Assembly: GCA_044892505.1 (NCBI GenBank)
Contig: CM097882.1
Location: 451,918,001 to 451,982,000, forward strand
Reading direction: 5' to 3'
Length of the DNA: 64,000 nt
DNA from: Schmidtea nova
Taxonomy: Eukaryota
Made by a program: the position numbers and the translations under genes. The notes beneath the pieces are model-generated. The model was not told the DNA's origin. It was given only the letters and a program-made list of their open reading frames with translations, and ran no database searches. Shown in pieces: positions 27,118-37,400 of this stretch. Positions within the stretch are counted from its first letter, which is position 1. Each line of letters begins with the position of its first letter.

Positions 27118-27711
27118 ATGTCAGCCAACACAGCAACTAATCAAGCCGAATTGGATAAAGCATGGAGGATAATTCGCAGCCTGGAAAAAGAAATGTTACG
27201 GAAATCTGAAAAATTAAAAGAAGCCGATGGCATAATCTCAAACCTGAAGAAAAGCTGGTTCAGTCCAGAGCAGATGAAAACACAAATTATAAAAAATCAA
27301 CGCTCACAGCGAGCAAACGAGGAGATCAAAATGGAATTGGACGCGACGAACATGGAACTAAAGAAATGTCTAAAATCTGTAACGGCGTCGTATTTAACTC
27401 AAGAGCTCAGCCAGCTCATTCGACCAATCACTTATCAGCATTGGGCTGACGAGAAAGCAGGATGCACAAAAGGAACGAACACCGAGGAACCATCTCAGGT
27501 TCGCGCAATAACAATAGCAGCAAGTACACCAAAGAACACGACAAATCCAGAAGGTAAAAGGAAGAAGAAGAGCAAGATGGGAGCGCGCCAGCGTCGCTGG
27601 AAGAAACAAGTTCTTCAGCAATTGGCACCGCAATCAAAAGAAATTCCCGAAATTGATCTAACTATGAACTTTGCAATATCGGATGAAGACATTACCAAAT
27701 ACTTTGAATAG
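27118..27711 (+). CDS. LTR-encoded 197-aa coiled-coil protein with an Arg/Lys-rich motif
   Basis: Intact ORF, identical in both LTRs, with a clear homologue at 59131-59727 (shared KSWF-P--MK, EL-KCL-SVTASY, IRPITYQ-W); basic motif KRKKKSKMGARQRRWKK. Confidence 0.85.
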   Translation: MSANTATNQAELDKAWRIIRSLEKEMLRKSEKLKEADGIISNLKKSWFSPEQMKTQIIKNQRSQRANEEIKMELDATNMELKKCLKSVTASYLTQELSQLIRPITYQHWADEKAGCTKGTNTEEPSQVRAITIAASTPKNTTNPEGKRKKKSKMGARQRRWKKQVLQQLAPQSKEIPEIDLTMNFAISDEDITKYFE

Positions 27712-28311
27712 GAATTCTGTGATTTAGTTATTTTCGCGTATTAAATAATTTTTGTTTTGTATTTATTTTATCGTAAAGTATATGAAATAGAGTGATTTAT
27801 TAAAAATTTAAAATAATTTAAAGGAAAATATAAATTAAATTAACTATACATTAGAATTAACAATAAGATTAACATAAATCTAATAAACAATAGAAACATT
27901 AAAGAGATAATATATTGTAATTGACTAAAGATTATTTGTTGATATTGTAAAGAAGGGGGCTGAAAGAAAAGTTGAAAGTTGAAATATATTGTAAAGAAAA
28001 GGGGGCTAAAGAAACATTGAAATGAAAGATAATGGATGCGGATAGATTAAAGTAAAAGCGTAAGTCCTTCTATCGGCAGCGAGACGAACCCGTGAACATA
28101 AATGGGGAGTAGTTTTAGCAATAGAGCTCACCTGCCCATCATTGTTCAAACACCTTGCACATTTCCAACTCGATTATTACAGGGAAATGATCGAGGGTGC
28201 TCGTGTGATATGTAAGCATTTTATGTGAGGTTTTGGATGGAGGAATCCCTAGAGCGTTTAGTTTAATTTTCTAATTTTGTTTTAACCCAATCCAGACCGA
28301 CAACATAAATT

Positions 28312-28329
28312 TGGAGGCTCAGCCGGGAT
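28312..28329 (+). promoter_or_regulatory. Primer-binding site TGGAGGCTCAGCCGGGAT (most similar to a tRNA-Pro 3' end)
   Basis: Starts TGG 6 nt after the LTR; resembles the animal tRNA-Pro PBS pattern TGGGGGCTCRWCCGGGAT. The tRNA identity is an inference. Confidence 0.75.
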
Positions 28330-28705
28330 GAAAATGGTTTTGTGCGAAAAATTGAATCCAATAATAACAAGGAGTTTTAAAGTGCCCCTCAGCCGAAAAC
28401 TTAATTGATTTTTGTGTTAAAAGTGAAAACAATATCTACAAAGAATCTTGAAAACCAATGATTTAATAAATATAACAACAGACGACTAATAATTGATATT
28501 AAAAATGAAATAAATAAACATAAATAAATATGTCGGGACGACAATTTGATGAAGCAGGGAGAGGTTTAACATCAGAAAACGAAATGTACCACTACTTTTG
28601 ACCAACACAAATCGAACAAATAGGGAAACAAGATATTGAAATTTTTATTTTTGATTGAATAATTAATAAAACAGCAAACATATTAACAATATAAATTATT
28701 TAGCA

Positions 28706-29167
28706 ATGAACGACAAATTAAAAGAAATAGAAGAATTCTTAAACACGGAAAACAAAACATACGATGAACTATGCGAGAAAATAAGTCGAATAAGAGAATC
28801 CAGATTCAAAGAACCCATGACACAAACTGAAGAGACAACAGAGCTGATAAAAATAATGGAAAGAGTAGACAAAATAGATATAACAACTAGATACAAGTGG
28901 TACCGAACGAGAGTAGAAAATGCTGAGTTAAATATAAAATGCAGACAGTTAGAACAACAATTAACTCCAACATACCACAAGTGGACAATACAAGGAACTG
29001 AGACAGCCAAGAAATTTAAACTCTGTTACATATGTCGAGAAAGAGAGAATAAAATCATGTTTTTACCATGTGGACATTTCCGGTTTTGTGGAATCTGTGC
29101 AGCCAATTGCGACAAATGCCCGATGTGCAATCTCGAAATAGACGAAAGAATTATTGTGTATTTATAA
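28706..29167 (+). CDS. C-terminal RING (IAP/XIAP-type C3HC4) protein, no BIR domain
   Basis: CYICRERENKIMFLPCGHFRFCGICAANCDKCPMCNLEIDERIIVYL at the extreme C-terminus, preceded by coiled coil. Confidence 0.85.
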   Translation: MNDKLKEIEEFLNTENKTYDELCEKISRIRESRFKEPMTQTEETTELIKIMERVDKIDITTRYKWYRTRVENAELNIKCRQLEQQLTPTYHKWTIQGTETAKKFKLCYICRERENKIMFLPCGHFRFCGICAANCDKCPMCNLEIDERIIVYL

Positions 29168-29214
29168 TAAATAAATGATGAATTTAGTAATATTATTCGT
29201 AATAAATAAAATAT

Positions 29215-29400
29215 GAGAAAGGATAATGAGAATTAATATGATAATTCATAATGAGAATTAATATGAGAATTCGTAATAAGAATTAATAGGATAATTCATA
29301 ATGAGAATTAATATGAGAATTCGTAATAAGAATTAATATGAGAATTCATAATGAGAATTAATATGATAATTGATAATGAGAATTAATAATGAGAATTTAA
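29215..29400. repeat. Degenerate GAGAATTAATATGA(G/T)AATTC tandem repeat
   Basis: Seen directly; several imperfect units. Confidence 0.7.
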
Positions 29401-29871
29401 AATGAGAGTTGATAAAGGCAATGACAGAAATCATGATAGCAATTGATATTTATAAATAATTTTTGAGCTGCTCACGAGTAGTCCGTTAAGCACCCATTGG
29501 GAGGAACCAACTGATCAACTTACCCGAGATATATAGAAAGGGGCCCATCGCGGAAATTGGAAAGCTTTTGTGATGTGACTGATCACCACATCTTGCATTA
29601 GTAGACCAATGCGATCTTTTTGTATGTTTTGGTTGGGGTGAAAGGTAGGGACAATCTAATGAGGTTTAAGTGCATGCAGAAAATACAAATAAAAAAGAGA
29701 GAATAGAACACTGATCAGTGAAAGTCGAAAGAACATTAAGTAAATAAGTAGAATGAAAGTTAATGTGATAACTCTCATAACAATAGAGATAATTCAGCTG
29801 AATGATAACTAGCGAAGTGGATAATTGCGGTTAACCGGTTAAAGAGATTAGTTAAATACCTTGTATAAAAA

Positions 29872-30577
29872 GGGCAAATAAGCCATATTAGTTACTCTGA
29901 AAGAAGGGTCAAGGGCAAATAAGCCATATTAGTTACTCTGAAAGAAGGGTCAAGGGCAAATAAGCCATATTAGTTACTCTGAAAGAAGGGTCAAGGGCAA
30001 ATAAGCCAGATTAGTTACTCTGAAAGAAGGGTCAAGGGCAAATAAGCCATATTAGTTACTCTGAAAGAAGGGTCAAGGGCAAATAAGCCATATTAGTTAC
30101 TCTGAAAGAAGGGTCAAGGGCAAATAAGCCATATTAGTTACTCTGAAAGAAGGGTCAAGGGCAAATAAGCCATATTAGTTACTCTGAAAGAAGGGTCAAG
30201 GGCAAATAAGCCATATTAGTTACTCTGAAAGAAGGGTCAAGGGCAAATAAGCCATATTAGTTACTCTGAAAGAAGGGTCAAGGGCAAATAAGCCATATTA
30301 GTTACTCTGAAAGAAGGGTCAAGGGCAAATAAGCCATATTAGTTACTCTGAAAGAAGGGTCAAAGGCAAATAAGCCATATTAGTTACTCTGAAAGAAGGG
30401 TCAAGGGCAAATAAGCCATATTAATTACTCTGAAAGAAGGGTCAAGGGCAAATAAGCCATATTAGTTACTCTGAAAGAAGGGTCAAGGGCCAACAAGCCG
30501 TATTAGTTAATTACTCTGAAAGAAGGGTCAAGGGCCAACGAGCCATATTAGTTAATTACTCTGAAAGAAGGGTCAAC
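29872..30577. repeat. 41-bp tandem array (GGGCAAATAAGCCATATTAGTTACTCTGAAAGAAGGGTCAA), 15 near-perfect + 2 variant copies
   Basis: Exact 41-bp period from 29872 to 30487. Confidence 0.95.
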
Positions 30578-30579
30578 GG

Positions 30580-30800
30580 CAACATAAGAATTTGAACCTA
30601 TGATTGCAATAGTGATAGCAACACAAGGAATGTGAACCTGTGATTGCGATTGTGGATAGCAACACAAGGAATGTGAACCTGTGATTGCGATTATGGATAG
30701 CAACATAAGGAATATGAACCTATAGTTGTAATTGTTGAAATTTAGTAAATTTAGCAACCTAAGGAATTTGAACCCAGGTTTGCAATTGTGTGAAATTAAA
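30580..30800. repeat. Second degenerate array with 41-bp period (AAGGAATGTGAACCTGTGATTGCGATTGTGGATAGCAACAC)
   Basis: AAGGAAT recurs at 30625, 30666 and 30707. Confidence 0.75.
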
Positions 30801-31419
30801 TGACAACGAAAGGAATATGAACCTAGAGTTGAAGTCGTCGACGAAGTGAGAATAGTGAGCATTAGAGTTTGAGTAATACGAGTAAAGATGATTAAGTAAA
30901 CTAGAGATACAGTATGCATACAAGTAGAAATAAGAATAGGAGAAATTAGAGTTGACTAGAAATAGTGAGAATAATGAGTAATGATGATACCATGAATAGT
31001 GATAAAATGATAATTGAGTCAGGAGAACTCAAGGGAATTAAAGCGTTTGAGCGACAAATTAAATTGGGAGATTGAGGGAAAAGTAATGAATTTATTTGAT
31101 AACGATAGATAATTATTACGACCATATAGATAATTGTTACCAGTGAATAGATAATTTAAATAGACTTAAATAAAGGGGAAACCGGGAATGGGGAAACAAT
31201 GGAAACCCAATAATGAGGAATAAAAGCGCAACGATAACAATGATGTATCGTTGAAGTGACTTTTTAATTTAGATATACGGAACAGAACAAGTCAAAACAA
31301 CCAACCAATCAATCAGAATACGATAACAGAGAAACAGAAAAATTGATAAATTAAAGAAAAGTAAACCGAGATCAAGAGCAGTTAAAAATCAAGAAGTTAA
31401 TAATTCACAAAGAAATAAA

Positions 31420-34400
31420 TTGAGATCAAGAGCAGTTAGTGCTACAATCGAAAAAGTTGATAATTCACAGAGAAATAAATCGAAACAAAGAGCAACCAGT
31501 GCTACAAAGAAAACAAATCCTAAAGGAAGTAAATCAAGAAGAGTAATAGTAGAAAAGTCAAAAATCGAAAACAGTAAATTAACAAAAACTAACGAAAGTG
31601 AAACAGAAGAAAGTTCAAGTGAAACCTACGATAATTATAATAATACGGAAGCATCAGATAACGAGTCAATAAACACAGAAGAAGTAGAAGCAGAAATTGA
31701 TAATAATTCAAACGAAACGAATAACGAGCATACTAGTGAAACAAGAGGAAACGAGAGTAAAACGACACAAGACAGCGGAATTGAAATGAACGAGCATAAA
31801 GAAGAAATCAAAGATAAATTTACTGGAGAACCATTCAATGGAGATGCCAGCAAGTTGGAAACGTTTTTAAAAGAATTTGGTATATTTGTAGAAGTATGTA
31901 AATGGAAACCAGAAACGATAAGGAGCAGAATTCAGTTATATTTAAAAGACAGTGCGTTAGACTTATATTTAGAAGCTAAAAATTCAGATGATCAACTTGA
32001 TAGTTGGGAAAAGATAAAGAATTTTTTCCAGCAAACGTTTGGAATAAATAAAGTATTAAATGAAGCATTTACAGAATTTTCAATGAGGAAACAAAAAGTT
32101 AATGAATCAAATGCAGTATATGCAAGTGAATTAAAGAAATTGGCTAAATTAGCATTTAATCAAAATAGTCCAATGAGTTCAGAATTAATGGCAGCAATTT
32201 TTGTGGGGGGATTGAGAAGACCCGATATAAGAGCACAAGTTGGATGCCAAGGTTGTAAAACAATAGATGAAGCGTTGGAAATCGCTAACAGATTTGAATT
32301 ACATATGATCGGAAGTGAAGGAAGAATTTACCTAGCAATGGATACGACACAAAATGAACAAGCAATGAAGATAAACAATCATATCCCGAATTCACAACAA
32401 TTAAACCGACCACCACCTCAAAGGAGAAATGAGGGAAACAAAGTACAAAATTTCGGAAACCAAAATAATTATAATACGCAAGGACAGACAAAGCAATGTC
32501 AAACCTGTGGAAAGTTAGGACATTGGCAACAAGAATGTTTCGTGAACTTAAATTGTAAAACGTGTGGAAGAAAAGGACATTCGGAAAATAGATGTTACCA
32601 AAGATCATGTTATAACTGTGGACAACCAGGTCATATGGCAAAGAATTGCCAACAACAAAACAACCAGCTAAGGAATTGGTCGAACAACGGAAATCGACAA
32701 AATTATGCGAATCAACAGAATAACGGAAACCGTCAGAGTTATGGAAATCAACAGAGTAATTATAACCAGAATAAAAGTACCACCAAAGAAATACATTTAT
32801 TACAAGAAGTTCAGAGATTGACAGAGTTAATAAATAATACACCGAGAGGAAATCAACAAACGAATCAACAACAAATGAATATGATGAGAAAAGTAGAAAG
32901 TGAAAACGAACGACTAAATCGAGAAAGTCAAGCACGACATGCTCAAGAATGGGCAAGAATACAAAGAGAAGACGAACAGAAACGACAAGAAAGAGAACGA
33001 CAACCATTGAGAATTAATATGATGAGAGCAACGAATCAAACAAGAGATAACAAAGAAGATATTGAACCAGAAACAAACCGGATAAACCCAAATCCGGAAG
33101 ATGAAGAAAACCAAAAAGAAATAGTACAAGAAAACGAAGAAGTTATTAAACAAAAAAGGATGTTGGTAGTCATGCCAAACGATCATGTATTTCGATTTGA
33201 ATATGATGAAAAAGAGGAAGTAGGAGTATTAATTAATAAAGTAAACAAGACGATTCCGGGAATGACGAAACTACCCCGAGAAGCAATTTTACAGACAGAA
33301 GACGAAGCAGCAATAAAATTGAAACCAACCGACATATGGAAAGATTTAGGAGTACCAATGAATAAAATGAAAGTCACAGTTATCCAGGAAATAGAAGAAA
33401 ATAACGATGAAGAGAAATCAAAACCAGTAACAAAAGTCAAAAGTAGAGCATTGAAGATATTTGAAGAGAGAATCAAACAGAGAAAAGCAATGGAGATAGA
33501 AAAACGAAGAGGCCAAATAGAAGAATCAGGAACCAATGACAAAAAGGAAGGAATACCACAAAAAAATGTACCAGATAAAGTAGAACAGACAGCACTCATT
33601 AATATGTTAAGAAACTTAACTAGAGAATTTTCAGATGTAGAAAGTGACAGTGATGTCAGTAGTTTAGCAGGAGATATGCTAAAAGAACCAGAAAATGAAG
33701 ACAACAAGATAGAAGTAGCGAAGACGCCAGAAAATATACAAATAAAAGAAGATGAAATTCAGAAACTATTAGATAATGCGTTAGAAGTGATTTATAACGA
33801 AGAATTTATTGATAAGAAGCGATATCGAAAATTTATAAGAGCAGTATTCCGAACGAACTATAAAGAACGGTTACAAAGTCGTGAATTAGAGATATTATCA
33901 GGATACGTCGTCAAACTATTAGAAGAACCACTCCACGAATACATAATTTTAATAGAAATAAACGAATGTTCACCAAGAATTTGGATCAAATCTCCATGCA
34001 CGAATGAAATTTATCGATGGGTAGAAGACAGATTGGGAAGTTCGTATAAAAACAAATTTATATATTCAGGAAACGAACTTGTAAGACGAGCAACGCATTT
34101 GGTAGAAACAGGCATATGGCCAGGAGAGATAAAAACATTATCAATATGCGACAATAAGAAAGAGGAGAATTTACAAGAAATTGCAAAGGAAGCAAATATG
34201 TGTTTTGAGATGAGAATTAAACCTCAGTTAGTAGAAAGGAAAGAAAGAATTCTTAGAGAAAATTTAAATTCACTAATAGAACAAATTATTCAACAAATCG
34301 ACAAGAATAGAGAAGAATTAACAAAAACTGAATATGAGAAATTAAAACAATGCATCGAAAATATACGAGATACCAGCCATACGAGACATTCGTCATACAA

Positions 34401-37400
34401 GACTTGGAAAGTGATCGCGAAAATGGGAAAAGCGATGTTTAAACGAGGAGAAATAGGAGATTTGAAAATCAAAGTGAAATTACCAAACGAGGACACAAAA
34501 GAAATTGAAGTAATCGCGGATTGCACAATAGAAGAATTAGTTGATGTTATCAATGAGACTTTATTACAACGGGAAAAAGAAGACGAATTAGAAGACGATA
34601 TCATCATGAAATATAATGAACACGTGCTAGGAGATCATGATGAGAGACGATTATATAAAATTGGCATATGGGATAATTACCAAACAATTCATGTTATCAG
34701 AATGGATGATACACCAAGAGAAACACCAAAAGATGAAAAAAGGAGACAAGAACGTCGAAGAGAAGAGATGCACAAACTAAGACAAATAATAGAAATTTAT
34801 CGAAGATGGCAGATACAGCCAGAATGGGAAAATGTTTTAGGAGAATTAAACTTCAACGAACGCCGATTAATACCAGTAGAGAAACACTGGGAGGTTAAAG
34901 AGAAATGCTGGAAAGCAAAAGGAGGTATATATGAAGAGGAATTTAGACCAGAAATGGAAGACAAATATGAACCAGAAATTAGAAGAGTTTGTATGGTGAC
35001 AAGAAAAGTCATGCCAACAGATTTAGATGGACCAGAAACCGCAGCAATATGGTTAGAAACGCAAAAACGAAAAGCTGACGAACTTATTGAATTACTAAAA
35101 GGAAACGTACAAGGAAAAAGGCGAACGATCAAAGGATTAGCCGAATTCTTTGTAGCAGGCGGCGAAGATATAATCAGTTTAAGAAAAGTAGCCAAGGTAG
35201 TAACAGAATATAAACGAGTTAACGAGTGGTGCCCAGAACAATTAGACAATGTAATCAAGAAATGGAGAAACCAAGAAAACTCCCAAGAACCACCGCAGAA
35301 AATACATTTAAGGATAATATATCCAGATCGAGAAAAAGAAGAACTTTGGGTAAGATTAACCGAAAAGATTCGAGATGTTAAAAAGAGATTAAAATATGAA
35401 CCACCATTTCATCTACAACATCAAGGACGATCACTAGAAAACGATATGGAAATTTGGATAACGCCAGCACAGTTAGAACTGGCAAATACGTTAACAGTAG
35501 ACGCAATAGCAGGTCAACCATTAAAACTTAAAGAGAAAAGAATAAAAGAAAGTGGAGATACTCAGAATCTAAGGAAGACGATGCAGATAAAACCAGGAAC
35601 AAGCGCAAGGCAGTACGAAACAACATCAATTAAAATCCAAGAAAGAACTCGACCACAACCATACGATACAGAAGAAATCTTAACAGACAGTGATGACATG
35701 CTAGAAGAATTAGCAAAATTGACAAAAGAAAAAGGCAATAATATTTTCGAAAGAGTACAAGAGTTACCTACAACATCACAAGCAATCAATACCCAAGATG
35801 AAGTTGAGCAAGAAATAGAGATAGAAGAAGTGAACGAAATCTCTGAAGAAGAAGCAAGAGGAGCAAATACAGAAAAGGAACGATTAACACAAGAAATGGA
35901 AAAATGGTGGGAACAGAGAAATAATGAACCAAGAGATGTTACAGAGGAAACTGGACGAGAAACCAGATTGATTGAAGCAGGTACAACAATGGATAGACGA
36001 CCTAGAGGTAGACCAAAGACTGATCCAGCCAACATAATCAACAAAACTAAAGAGGAAAGGAGACAAGAGAAATGGGAATTATGTTTAAAGAAACTCAACA
36101 AAATAGCAGAAGCAAAAGACCAGGAAATAACGCAAAAATGTCAAGGTGAAGGATGGATATCAAAAACACTAATGGAAATATTGGCGATAATTGATCCAGA
36201 ATTGAAAAAATGGTGGAGAATAAACGAAATAAGCGACAAGGCTAAAGCATTACATAGCGCAATCGCACCAATCTTACCCGAACTGATAAAAGAGAAGACA
36301 AAATCAAGCCATTTAGATTGGCAAGGGACCACAACGTTGATAAAGAGGTTAACTGAAGATGCAGAAAACGATAATAAATATGTGATAGCAATTGCGTATA
36401 CAATTTATAACTTATTAACATTGAGTAGAGGTAATCCAAAATCTATGGCAATAGAGAAACATATCAAAAATACGGCAGGCATCATAGCAAAAGAAATAGA
36501 ACCATACGTCATCAGTAAAGGAGGATGGGAAACATTTGTTAAAACGAATCAAAGAAACAGTCAAGCAAAGAATATGAAAAAGAAATTTGAAGAAATTTTA
36601 GGAGAATTAGAAAAAGAAAAGTCAGGAACAGGAGGTGGAAAACCTTCACTAAACCTGAATTCAATCATAATGATGATATTAATATGGCTAATTAGCGTTG
36701 AAGGAGCAACGGCGTTCGAAGTATTTGATTGCGACCAGATGGCATTAGGAGAAAAATATTCATTAAGAGGAACCGAACAATGCAAAGATGCAACTCCAAC
36801 AGAGCTAAAAGTACTACATAGTAAACAAATATATCACGTATATCAGGAAGCCGACTTAATAAAGACAACAGTTAATGAATGTAAAATATATAAAACAAGA
36901 TTTGCTTTTTATTGTGGACATCGCCACTACTCTGCAATCGTAATGCCAGGAACGGAAAGGGAAGCGATAATGTTACAAGGAGAAGATTGCAATAAATTGT
37001 TCAAACATGGAGAAGTCGAAACAAGAGATCGAATAAAGATAAGAGGAAAAGCTGGAGTAATACTACAACAAACATATTATGTAGCAGGAGCTATCACAGG
37101 AGGAGAAGGTTACTGTCAAGGAGCAACATATCCAATATTTGGAGTACCAGCAACTAACCTGGTAGTAATCGACACATACACGGTAGAATTAAAAGCGTAT
37201 GAAGCATATTTTGACCCAGCTACAGGAGAAATGAAGACGTTATCAATGTGCAAAATTGAAGCCAGTACTTGTCAAACCGGTATGTCAACTTTAACATACA
37301 GAGCAAAAGCAAATGAATGCCAATTACAATTATTAAAGGAAGCGGAGTTCGACGAGGTACAAGGAAAAATCTTTCAGGAAGAATATGATGATGAAGTAGC

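Larger units (their letters stand above)
25449..28305 (+). repeat. 5' LTR (2857 bp)
   Basis: Direct repeat of 47649-50508; the only difference I noticed is in an (ATA)n/AAG tract near the start (net 3 bp). Confidence 0.95.

Noticed and set aside
29872-30577. Hammerhead-like CTGAAAGA motif in the 41-bp repeat
   Set aside because: Does not match CUGANGA and has no GAAA-closed stem II.
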